A DNA stretch of 58,627 nt, counting the filler, from Thelocarpon superellum (lineage: Eukaryota), in assembly GCA_026025795.1 (NCBI GenBank). It is 2 parts of 2 records of this genome, joined end to end, with 100 filler letters (N's around TTAATTAATTAA, not from the genome) between each part and the next. Parts side by side here need not be neighbours in the genome. Positions count along the whole stretch, not along the records: positions 1 to 29,299 come from JAPEUG010000223.1; 1 more part is not named here. The stretch is one strand, 5' to 3'. Positions 11,456 through 22,705 of this stretch are shown here, piece by piece. Positions within the stretch are counted from its first letter, which is position 1. Each line of letters starts with the position of its first letter. A program made the position numbers and the translations under genes. Under the pieces are notes generated by a model. The model did not search any database. It had not been told where the DNA came from and saw only the letters and a program-made list of their open reading frames with translations.

Positions 11456-11907
11456 AAAAGGGTTCACCTCTAGGAAGGGGAACGATTGGTCGAGAGCTCG
11501 TCCGGGTAGCCGAGCTGTTTTCCCAATCGGTAAAATTCGTCAAAAGGTCGAGCGAGAAGTAGCGAGGCGAGGAAGCGCGAGTAGTGTAGTGGCCGGTAAA
11601 TGGCTTTGGCCGTAACACAGTTAGCACGTCCTCATTCCAAAAACAAAGAAATCACCAATCTTCAGAGCCCCGAGCTTGTTCTCCAGCCATCCGTGCTTCC
11701 CATCGACCTACTTCTTCGGCTTCGTCGGCTTCGTCGGCTTTGCCTTCGTCTTCGATAGATCATTTCATCTTCCGACGACATCGCTCTGTGCGCCCATCCA
11801 CGCCTGCTTCCAAGTCGCTCAGCCGGCTTCGTGTCCCTCTACCGTTTGCTCTACCTCGCTCGTCTCGCTCATCCCCAACCTCGCTTTCCGCACCATCTTC
11901 TCTCACT

Positions 11908-13772
11908 ATGGCTGCCAAAGCCTCGATCAAGCGCAAGTCCAGCAAGGACGAGGCTCCGGCCTCCGCCCCTCCTGCAAACCCCTCTCTCAAGCGTAAATCC
12001 AAGGACGAAGTCCCGGCCACCGCGCCTCCTACCAAAATCGCGGACACGCGCAAGTCGTCCAAGGACGAACCCGCTTCCAAACGCAAGTCCTCCAAGGAAG
12101 AACCCTCTCTCAAACGTAAGTCCTCCAAGGAGGAATCCCCTGAGGTGTCCCTTCCCGCGGCGCCTCCCGCCAAGAAAGCCCGTGTGGCAAAACCTGCCCT
12201 ACCTCCGGCCGGCAAGAGCACGGCGACGAAGTCCAAGGTCACCAAGGCCGCCGCCGCCAAGTCCACGGTCACCAAGGCCGCCGCCGCCAAGTCCACGGTC
12301 ACCAAGTCCTCGGCCGCACCGACCAAGATTGCCAAGGCCACCAAGGCAAAGGTCATCATCAACCAAGCGCCCACGCGTCGACTCGATGTCTACGTCTTCG
12401 GCGAAGGCTCGAACGGGGAGCTGGGCCTTGGTGCCACTGGCCACGTGATTGGCGTGAAGCGCCCGCGCCTCAACCCTTTCCTGTCGGCGGAGAAGGTCGG
12501 CGTAGTGCAGATGGCCGTTGGAGGCATGCATTGTGTGGCCCTGACCCGCGACAATCAGATCTTGACCTGGGGCGTCAACGACCAGGGTGCGCTCGGACGC
12601 GACACCACGTGGGAAGGCAAGATGGTCGACGCCGACGCGAGCGATGACGGCGCGTCGGATTCCACCAGCGACACGGGACTCAATCCGCGTGAGAGCACGC
12701 CCACACCCATCGACGCCACCTGCTTCCCGCCCGAGACGATCTTCACTCACGTTGCGGCTGGCGACAGCATGACCTTTGCCGTCACGGATGAGGGCACCGT
12801 GTACGGATGGGGCACCTTTCGCGTACGTATGCCGCTCCCTGATCGAGTGGGTGGTGACTGACGGGTGGCAGAGCAACGATGGCATCCTGGGCTTTACGCA
12901 GGACAGCCACATCCAACGCACGCCCCTGCTCCTTCCGGAGCTGAAGAGGATCACGACGATTGCGACGGGCGACAACCACGCGCTCGCCCTGGACGACAAG
13001 GGCAGCATCTTCGCCTGGGGCTGCGGCCAGCAGAACCAGCTGGGCCGTCGGGTCATTGAGCGTACGCGGACCAACGGGCTCGTGCCCCGCGAGGTGGGCG
13101 TGCGCCGCACCAAGTTCCGCTCGGTGGCGTGCGGGGCCTACCATTCGTTCGCGGTGGCCAAGAACGGGAAGGTCTGGTCGTGGGGCCTCAACAACTATGG
13201 CGAGACGGGCATCGCGGCCGGGGCGGGCGGTGAGGACGCCGTCATCTCGACCCCGACCCAGGTGAGCCAGTTGAACGCGTACGCCATCGCCCAGATCGAC
13301 GGCGGGGGCCACCACTCCGTCGCCGTGACGGAGGACGGGCGGTGTTTGGTCTGGGGCCGGATCGACGGCATGCAGGCCGGGGTCAAGCTGGACGAGCTCC
13401 CGGTGGAGGACGTCGTCTTTGACGAGCGGAAGAAGCCCCGCATCCTCACGAAGCCGACGCACGTGCCGGGTGAGTGATGCCTTGCTCCATGAGTGATGAA
13501 GGCCGACGGAACTGACACACGACCCGATAGGCTTCAAGGCCACCATGGCGACGGCTTCGACGGCGTCGTGCCTGGCCGTCACGGCGGATGGGCAAGCGTA
13601 CTCCTGGGGCTTCTCGGAGAACTACCAGACGGGGCAGGGGACGGACGAGGATGTGGAGGTGGCGACCCTCGTGAATAATACGGCCGTTCGCGGCAAGATG
13701 TTGACGTGGGCGGGCGCCGGTGGCCAATTCTCGGTCCTGGCCGGCCTTGCCGGGGTCGACACTACTTGCTAG
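11908..13772 (+). CDS. RCC1: RCC1-family Ran guanine-nucleotide exchange factor (Pim1/Srm1 type); introns 12823-12871, 13470-13530
   Basis: RCC1 repeats VYVFGEGSNGELGLG, GGMHCVALTRDNQILTWGVNDQGALGR, GAYHSFAVAKNGKVWSWGLNNYGETG and WAGAGGQFS. Basic low-complexity N-terminal tail. Confidence 0.93.
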
Positions 13773-14174
13773 CGGATGCCCTGTGATCACGAGGATCTCC
13801 ACATCCTCGTCCGTTCCCCCCTCACGACGGGAGGGGGAGATGAAAGTGGAGAGGGGAGGTGTAGGTAGCCAGGGGAGGGGAAAGGTGGAAGGCCTCCAAG
13901 ATGCTAGATCTTGGCGATGTTGTCGTTCGGGGAAGTCATGACGACGCTTGGGCGTGCCTCTTGCTTGCTTTTGATGCCTTTCCCACCGTCTGAATGCGAG
14001 TTTTCGTCTTGCTTCCTGCCTCTGCATCTTTACTTGGTCGCATTTGCGTGTGGTTTGACCCACGGCGTTGTATGATACACGTTGGGGTTCGATGCTCCTA
14101 TGCGCCGACATGGACGCATCGAAAAGAGGATAGAAACAGCAGAACTGCACTCGTCTCGTACTGGTGATCACGGT

Positions 14175-15326
14175 TTAATCGGTCGGGTATCTAGGATCAT
14201 AAGGCTCGTAGTCAAGCGATCCGTCTTCGGAGCCACTCCAACTCGCACGGCCACTGCCTCCCCCAACTGCCTGGCCATCATACACTTTATTCTCCTTCCC
14301 TCGCGACGACGTCACCGCCGCAGGGAGGACAGGAACAGGTCCAGAGGTGTCCTCTTCCAGCTTGACGTCCGGACCCACCGCCACTCCCGGCTCCACCATG
14401 GTGGTGAAGGCATTCTTGAATCCTCCTTTTTTGAACCCGCCGCCGATGTTTCCTGTTCCTGCCCCTGCCCCTGCCCCTGCCCCACCTCCCATACCTGCAC
14501 TTCCAGCATTCGCAGACGACATCTTGAAACCACCCGGCGCACTCGACACGGTCAGCTGGACACACCGCAAGGAGGGCTCGACGAGGCAAACTTGGACGGT
14601 CCACCACCACCACCACCACCACCACCACCACCAGGCTTCGACGAGGAAGACAGCTCTAGCTTCAAAGGCTTGATGGTAATCAGGCCCGACTTCTCATCTG
14701 CTTTTCGCTCGGCACGGCGTGCTTTGCTGGATGCGAGCGGATCGCGCTGCATTTGTTTCATTTCTTTGAGGCGCTGGACGAGAGGAAACACGACCGGAGT
14801 TAGACCAGGTGTGCGTATATCATGCGACTCCACGGCTCTACCGACCTTTTTATGCTGGTGGTCATAGGATGATTCGTGGGCGTCGAATTCGTTCATTCGA
14901 CTGTATCCCTGTGGACATGGTGGGAAGAGTCAGTTGGGTTCCATGTGATGGTGTGTGCCCTTCCTTTTCTCGATGCTTGGTCTCATAGCGTCAGGAGTGT
15001 CGTGGAAGGGTTGCCACCTTTTGACAAAGTTCACCTGGTAGAAGATCAATTTCTGGACGAGGGAAGCGAACGCTTAAAGACATCTGGGAAGAAAAGAAGG
15101 GAGCAACGGACAGAAAAAGGACTTGCGTGCTTCCCGAGCACTCTCCGTCTGTCGACGACATGATCAGGGTCAGAGTTCCGATCATTCGGGTCCATCTCCA
15201 TCCTTGTGATTCAGGATGAGGCGAAGAGCGGACCTTGGGAGCGGGGTTGGTTAGACCTCGCTTTGATGGATTAGCATCATCATTGCGAGGTACGTAGTGA
15301 GAAGCTGGAGGCCTTACCGGAGGCAT
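14175..15326 (-). CDS. C2H2 (JAZ/GPATCH8-like) zinc-finger protein; predicted introns 15233-15149, 15111-15035, 15017-14909, 14845-14774, 14591-14542
   Basis: The spliced model reads NPAPK-TESAREARKSFF-CELCQK-GYSRMNEFDAHESSYDHQHKK-RLKEMKQMQRDP, then a Gly-rich linker, GGFKKGGFKNAF and C-terminal YEPYDPRYPTD. It includes a 17-nt microexon (15034-15018). Confidence 0.82.
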
Positions 15327-15582
15327 CTTGGAGGTGTAATGTCCGACCCGGAAGTAGCACCTGGGGCTAAAGGAGTTGAGGATGATAGGCCGTCAGCTGT
15401 CTCGTGAAGCCCAGGTACCAGGTGTGGTCCATGCGTTTGACCCGGGTGGGCAACGATGTCGTGCAGCTGGAGCCGCGCCGGAGCGGCACCGGGAGCTTCA
15501 TTAGTCGGGGACATCGACCACATGTTCAGTCCCGTGTCAATCATATCCTACCACCCACCAACCTCCCTTACCAGGAGCCGCA

Positions 15583-16604
15583 ATGGCCGACCCAGACATT
15601 CCCCTACAGCAGCTGGACCCCTCCCCGATTGAATCCCCGGCCGATGCTTCCAAAGAGGGCTACTTTCCACCGCACGTGGCACGATCCTCAACGCTAGGTC
15701 TGGGTGGACACAGCGCAGCATACTATCGTACGATCCCCCCACACATGACACTCGTGAGGTTCAAGTCGCTGACAAGAACCCGACAAACACAGTCACGCGG
15801 ATCCAGCGATACTCCAGCTACACATTCAGCGTGTTCCTTGCCTTCCACATCACCAACACGTCTCTCATCCCACTGGCGACGGGCTCCGTCTCGGCGTCCG
15901 AGCCCTACCTCCTCCTCACGAGACCCTACTATCAATCCACGATTGCGGAGCCGGCCATCGTGATCCTCCCTTTACTCCTACACATTGGGGCGGGCACCGC
16001 GCTGCGACTCTTCCGACGGCACCAGCTCGCGGTCCGGTACGGCTCGGGCGAGACCTCTCCCTTGCTTCCTGTCCACCACCACCACTCCACCTCCAAGTCC
16101 AACTCCGGCCACAGGCCGCACCAGTCCACCTGGCCTCTTCTAAGCGGCACCAGCAAGCTCGGCTACGCCATCATCCCGCTGGTTGGGATCCACGCGCTGG
16201 TGAACCGCGGACTACCGCTGTGGATCGAGGGAGGCAGTTCCAGCATCGGCCTGAGCTTCGTCTCGCATGGTTTCGCGAAACATCCTGCTGTGGCGTTCGT
16301 GGGGTACGTGGCACTGATTGCGTGCGTGTCGGGCCATGTTGTGTGGGGCTGGGCGCGGTGGTTGGGCGTTGCGCCGAGGAGCGTGAATAGGACTGCGGAC
16401 GTGGGGGTGGGCCGAGGTGCGGACAGGGCCTGGCGCGCCAACAGAGCTTGGTATGCTGCCAATGCCGCCGTCGTTCTCGTGGCGGGCGTATGGATGGCGG
16501 GGGGTCTGGGCGTCGTGGGGAGAGCAGGGGAGGTGAAGGGTTGGTTGGGTAGGGTCTACGATGAGATCTACGCGCGTGTTCCGGGTCTTGCGTGGTGGAG
16601 TTAA
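15583..16604 (+). CDS. MCP1: Mitochondrial outer-membrane adaptor Mcp1-like transmembrane protein; intron 15728-15792
   Basis: Post-splice LTRIQRYSSYTFSVFLAFHITNTSLIPL, YLLLTRPYYQ, HALVNRGLP and GLSFVSHGF, with several TM helices. Confidence 0.8.
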
Positions 16605-16678
16605 TGGGCGAGATACCATGTCTGCGTCCTTGGGGTGTGTTTGTATGTACGATGTGGCATGGGATGGTAAATCTGCGC

Positions 16679-18379
16679 CTAAAGAGAAGGCCTGCTCCAC
16701 CCTTCCAGCATCTCCGCCACATCCAGGACCAGCGCATCATCGCCGTGTTGTCCGATGATTTGCATCCCGATGGTGCTCTCCCCCTGAGAGAGCCCCTGCT
16801 CGTAAACGGGCACGCTGATAGCCGGCAAGCCCGCCAGGCTCGCCGGAACGGTAAGGACGTCCGTTGTGTAGGCGTCGAGCGGGGACAGAGTGGCCACGGA
16901 CGAGAGGGTAGGGGGCGGCGTGGCGGCCGTGGGGCACACGAGGACGTCGACGCCGCCCTTATGCTCGTGCTCGTCTTGTTCTTGTGCCCGCGCCCGTGTC
17001 TGTGGTTGCGGGTGTGCTTGGAGCGGATTCGGCAGAGCAAAGACCGCATCATATTCTTCCCTGACTATCCGGCGTACCCTCTGCGCCTGCATGAAGTAAT
17101 TGTCCATCGCGTCAGCACTGAGGCTGTACGCGCCCAGCAAAATACGCCGTTTGACTTCTGCTCCAAACCCCTGACCGCGCGTGCCTGCGTAAAGGACTCC
17201 AGCTGCCGTGTCATCGTGGTTGTCGTCCCGGCTGCCGTACCGCACGCCGTCGTATTTGGCTAGGTTGGACGATGCCTCGGCTGGTGCCAGGACATAGTAT
17301 GCAGACAGCGCGTGCCGAGTGCTAGGGAGAGAGACGGCGTGGAGCGTGTGGCCTCGTTGCTGGAATCGTTGCAGTGCTTGCACCCATCGCTGCTGCACTT
17401 CCGGATGGAGCTCCGCGATGTTGTAGTCTGTGGGTACGCCGATGCGTACTTTCGTGGGCCGCCCGCGCTGCGAGGTCAGGGTGTTGATGCGTAAGCGGCT
17501 TGCTGTGCTCAGATTGGTCGGATCGCGGTTGTCGGGGGCGTTGATGATGTCTGGATCTGTCAGAACGAATTAATCATGAGGAGGGTCGGGTCTGACCGAA
17601 GACTTCTCGTGTTGACTGCACGGTGCGAGCAAGGATCCCCACGGTGTCCAGAGAATTGGCATACGCCACCACGCCCCACCGTGATACTAGGCCATATGAC
17701 GGTTTGAAGCCGACGACGCCGGTGTAGGCAGCGGGGAGGCGGACTGAGCCACCCGTGTCTGTTCCCAGTGCCCTGGTCGGATGTCAGAGGTCGGTCTCCA
17801 TTGGCCGAGAGCACGAGTGCAACGCACGCATGGCACTGTGAGGTGGCAACAGCTACAGCACTGCCTCCCGAGCTGCCTCCAGCAGCAAGTCCACCGCTCC
17901 GATGCTTCACGGGACCAAAGGCGGAATGCACCGAATGGGAACTACCTCTGTTAGCCGGGGTCAGGTCACAAGATGATCTACGCACCCCATGCCAAATTCA
18001 TCGAGATTGGTCTTGCCCGGCACGACCGCACCGGCGGCAGCCAGTCGCTGAATCACCGTGGCATCATATGGGCTGGTGTAATTCTGGAGTATGTTGGAAG
18101 CACACGTCGTGGGGTAGTCTTTCGTGCAAATGTTATCTTTGATAGCTACGAAGTGGCCATCGATGGCAGACCTGCTCATCCCTATCGCTCATCAGCGCTT
18201 GCTTCCACAGCCCATCGTTGTGTTGGTCGATCAAAAGTACCCTGTCGAGCTCGTCCATCCGCCTGTGCCGCCGCGTCGAGTAATCGACCACTGTCTTTTG
18301 CGTAGGAGATGAAAGCATTGAGCAGTCGATGGACCGTCTGCTTCTTTAGGCAGATCTCAGCCTCATGTAAGAGCGACAT
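16679..18379 (-). CDS. HER2: Mitochondrial glutamyl-tRNA(Gln) amidotransferase subunit A (amidase signature); introns 18240-18182, 17985-17942, 17827-17773, 17596-17551
   Basis: [71 protein letters not shown] and [15 protein letters not shown]. All four introns are GT-AG and join in frame. Confidence 0.93.
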
Positions 18380-18672
18380 GCGTTCACCGACCGTAGTCGC
18401 GGGCGGTTCAGTTGCACGTGTCGGCGCTCCGAATCTCATCCGTCTTGACCGGTTCACGGGCGCGTCCGATTGTAGCTGGATGTCGCCTCGTCACGTGCTG
18501 GTCGTCATCGGCCGTCAGCAAGCCGCGTCGGCCCGCAACGCTCCACCACCAAACGTTGGTTCCATGGTTCAACCCCCAACCGCCCGCTCCTACTCGATCT
18601 TCCAACGAGCATGTCTAGGTGGTCCGGGTTGTTGACTCATCACAACTTTCGTCACAATACATCATTTCCACC

Positions 18673-20578
18673 ATGATCGGTCGCAGTTTGGTCCTGGTCA
18701 CGGCCCTGGCCGTGGCTGGTCACGCCGCCCAGCCGTCGGCACCGGCGCCCGTAGCCGCCCCGCTTCGAGAGCTGCCCTGGGGCCAGCTGAGCTTCCTCCA
18801 CACGACCGATACCCACGGCTGGCATGGCGGGCATCTGCAGGAGTAGGCGCACATGATGAATGAGCGCCACTTACGACGCTAACGGTCCCAGGCCCTCCTA
18901 CTCTGCCGACTGGGGCGACTACGTCTCGTTCGCCGCACACATGAAGAGCCTTGCCGAGGTGCAGGGCAATGATCTCCTTCTGGTCGATACCGGGGATCGG
19001 GTGGAGGGAAACGGGTTATACGACGCATCCAGCCCCAAAGGGCGCTTCACCTCCGACGTCTTCAAGCAGCAAGAGATCGACATCATCTGCTCGGGCAACC
19101 ACGAGCTCTACAAGAAGCACACCTCCGACCGGGAATATCTGGTGACCGTGCCCAACTTCAAAGACAACTACATCGCCTCAAACATCGACATCCTCGATCC
19201 CCACACGGGCGATCGAGTGCCGCTGGCCCCACGCTTCCGCAAGTTCACCACCGAGAAGCAGAAGATCCGCGTGCTCGCCTTCGGCTTCTTGTTCGATTTT
19301 ACGGGCAACTACAACAACACCATCGTGCAGCCGGTAGAGAAGACCATCGAGGAGACGTGGTTCCAAGATGCCATCCGGGACGAGGAGATCGACCTGGTTG
19401 TCGTCGTCGGACATGTCGCGCTGCGGTCAAAAGAGTACAACGCCATCTTCAAGACCATCCGAGACGTGCGGTGGGACATGCCCATTCAGTTCTTTGGCGG
19501 CCACACTCACATTCGAGACTTCACCAAGTACGACTCCAAGTCGTCTGCGCTCGAGAGTGGCCGATACATGGAGACGATTGGCTGGTTGTCCATCGATGGG
19601 TTGAGTACCGCAGACAAGAAAGCCCACGCGACAGCTGGCCTGTCGTTTCAGCGGCGATATATCGACAACAACTTATATTCCCTCCATCATCACACCAATC
19701 TCAACGCATCCACCTTCCCCACCGCGCACGGAACAAAGGTGTCAAAGGTCATCGCCGAGGCACGCACGGCGCTGGGCCTCGACAAGATGTTCGGATGCGC
19801 GCCGCGGGATCTGTGGCTCAACCGGGTCAAGTATCCGGGCAAGCACAGCATCTTCTCCTGGCTGCAGGAGAGTGTGATACCAGATACGGTGACGGATCCA
19901 AAGCGAAAAGACCAGGCCAAGATGGTCATTACCAACACGGGCGCCATCCGCTTCGACATCTTCAAGGGCGCCTTCACCCGCGACCACACGTTCATCGTGT
20001 CGCCTTTTGAGAGCGAGTTTCGCTTCATCAAAGACGTGCCATATAACACGGCGAAACGTCTGCTACCACTCTTGAACAGTCAGGGGCCCGTCCTCAGCGG
20101 CGGTCCAGCCAAGCTCCAAGCGTCGGAACTGGCTCCTCCCGAGCAAATGTCCATCACGCACGACATCGTCTACGACGAGGGTCAGATGGACGAAAGCGCC
20201 TTCTTCCGTGACCACTCCCAACAGCACTTGGGTCCCTCTCCGCTCGGATCCGCGTCGAAGCTCATCCCGGGCTACACCACGCAAGACGATGGCGGCAACG
20301 ACGGCGACGACACGATCCACTCGACCATCAACTTCTACCGCGTGCCCAACTGCATCCAGTCGGAGGTGGGATTTCCCAATACCACCGCGGACGGTGCAGA
20401 GACGCCGGAAAAGGTCGATCTGATCTTCATCGACTTCATCGAGCCGTGGATCCTCCTGGCGCTGCAGTTCCTCGGCTCCGATTTTGAGGCCAGCGACGTC
20501 GATTCCTATGCCCCTGGCAAGTCGTTTACCGTCATGATCTCGGACTGGATCCAGGCCAATTGGGGCCGGGATTGCTAG
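18673..20578 (+). CDS. Secreted calcineurin-like metallophosphoesterase / 5'-nucleotidase (yeast YHR202W-like); intron 18843-18891
   Basis: Signal peptide MIGRSLVLVTALAVAGHA. Metallophosphoesterase motifs HTTDTHGW, DTGDRVEGNG, GNHEL and FGGHTH, plus NTGAIRFD. Confidence 0.88.
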
Positions 20579-20712
20579 TCGTGTCTTCGAGGTTTGGGAG
20601 AAGGGGGCGTTGGTGTCTTTCGAGTCAAGTGGTATAATACATGGTCCATTCCATCCCACGTAGCTCTAAAATATCCTGAAGAAGCAGAGCAACGATGGAT
20701 AAACGCGCCCCA

Positions 20713-21965
20713 TCAATCCTCAAACACGAAAACGCCCTTGCCCTTTCTATAGCCCTCCAGGGTAGTCTGAACAGCCTGCACCAGGTCCTGCTCTGGGGTG
20801 TCCCAGCCCCACTGGACCGGCTGGAAGGGCGTATCGACAAAGAGGCCCCGGCGCGTCAGGTCCAAGATCTCATTCAGCGTGTCCCGTTTCGCGTCCGGAT
20901 TGGCATCGCTCCACCGACTGACCCAGAAGCCATGAAACGCGACGTCCGAAAAGATCAGCAAGCCCGCCGGCAGAACGAGTGGCTGTTTCGCCATCGCGCC
21001 GTACGTGACCATGTGCGCGCCCGCGCCAGGCGCCAGCTGTTTCGCGAGCGCCGTCGCCGCCTTCCCGCCCACGCAATTCAGCGCCAGGCGGGGCAAGTCG
21101 CGTCCGTTGCGGGTGTGCGGAGCCAGGAGGTCGCGGACGGAGGGCGAGAGGAGCTCAGAGTCGGTAAGTACCACGTCGGCCCCGAGCGACTCCAGCTCGC
21201 CCTTCAACCGGGCGCTGTCCGCCTCGTCCGCCCGGTCCCGTACCACGTTGATGCTTCTCAGGCCCCAATGCCGCCCGAGCTGGATGGCGGCGCGGCCGAC
21301 GCCCGAGTTGGCCCCGTTCTGCATGAACCAGTCGCCCGGGCGCAAAGAGACAAAGTCGCGCAGCATGCGGTATGCCGTGCAAGGATTGACGCTCACGGTG
21401 CCGGCTTGAAGCGGCGTCAGGTGGCTTCGGTCGTCGATCTTGAGCACGTCGTGCTCGTCGGCCTGCGCGTGCGTGCGCCATGTGCCAAACCCTGTGCGCC
21501 GCATCACCACCCAGTCGCCCTTGCTGACGCTCTTGACTCCCGAGCCGGCCGAGACGACTTCGGCCACGCCTTCGTTCCCGCCAACTGCCGACGGCTGCGA
21601 CGTGCCCAGAGTAGAGGTGAAGGGGGGCCGGTTGGGGTACACGCCCTGGATCTGGTTCACGTCGGCGGGATTGATGGGCGACGCGAGAAAGCGGAGGGTG
21701 AGCTGCGTCGCGTAGGCGGGCGAGATCGAGTGGCCATGGAGACTGTGCATGATCTTTCTCAGCAGCTATTTGGCGCTTGTGTGCGTGCACCTCCCCCCGC
21801 CCCCACATACCTCAGTACGTCCCGCGGTTCTCCATGTTTGGAGTAGACCAGCGCCTTGGCTTGCGTGTAGCCGTATGCTGAGACGTGTCGTCGTCCATCC
21901 CAAACTAGTCTTCTCACCGCACGGAGGGTTCGGCTTCCGGCGGGGGCCGTAGACCGGATGATCAT
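20713..21965 (-). CDS. ETR1: Mitochondrial 2-enoyl thioester reductase (MDR family); intron 21810-21743
   Basis: Arg-rich presequence; ASPINPADVNQIQGVYP, GNEG, SVNPCTAYRML, QNGANSGVG, LALNCVGGK, VTYGAMAKQP, GFWVS. Confidence 0.93.
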
Positions 21966-22113
21966 GATGATGAAGAATGCCGAGCTTGATTACTTCCAAG
22001 AGCTCGAGTCATCGCCCGCTGGGAGCCCCCCAATGACGTTCTCTCATCGTCGAGCTTACTAAGCCACATTTCGTACGTTGTAGGTCAGGGTAGGGTTCCC
22101 TCTTGAACTCAGC

Positions 22114-22128
22114 TGATTGGACCAATCA
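22114..22128. promoter_or_regulatory. Inverted CCAAT-box palindrome TGATTGG-A-CCAATCA upstream of ETR1
   Basis: Perfect 7-bp arms with a 1-nt spacer, about 150 bp upstream of the ETR1 ATG. Function is inferred only. Confidence 0.4.
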
Positions 22129-22149
22129 CAATGGAGGGTAAAGAAGATA

Positions 22150-22620
22150 AATTAAGCTATCTGCGAGACGACCCTTTTTGTAGTAAAGGGCTCCGTCTCG
22201 GTAGGCACTACTAAGTAATAGATGATTGGGTAAGAAAGCACGTGATCGTCCATATCCTCCACAGCGTGGCTCATCCATGTCACATTTCCAGGGGAAGCTC
22301 ACGCTAACTGCATGCTACTCACTAGCGTCGGGGTTAAAGGCGCCACATATGCACGATCCATACGACGTGTCATTTTTGAATGAGCCTGACTTGCGACGTT
22401 CGACGATAAACTTAGCGTCGTTTTGGCCGCTTACCTCACCCTTGACTAATCACTGCCCCGAGCCCCGCGGCCCAAAATGCCTATCGTGCGTGTCAAATAT
22501 TTTAATCGGATTATAATCTCTTCTCGATGGGCGACACTGCTGCCTCCGAAGAGAGAAGAGGTCTCGGCCCTTGGTCTAACCTGATGCGAAGTAGATTAAG
22601 AACTGATGAAAGGGGGATTT
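22150..22620 (+). ncRNA. Candidate spliced, structured non-coding transcript (family unidentified; ends approximate)
   Basis: Two complete intron signal sets on the + strand (22230-22325 and 22486-22594), several hairpins, and no convincing ORF. Confidence 0.35.
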
Positions 22621-22705
22621 CAAAACAATCGTCATCAAATGGAATGAATTCTTCATTGTTGTCCAGTGGCAACATCGAAATCATTAATTAATTATTCTAA
22701 TTTGA

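Noticed and set aside
22179..22185. TGTAGTA, identical to the U2 snRNA branch-recognition sequence, in a hairpin loop
   Set aside because: The flanking U2 context (GATCAAG..TCTGTTC) is absent, leaving only a 7-mer match.
22226..22516. 96-aa ORF in the ETR1-bystin interval
   Set aside because: Non-ATG start, runs through an apparent intron, and has no protein-like features. The spliced ATG-initiated ORF is only 21 aa.
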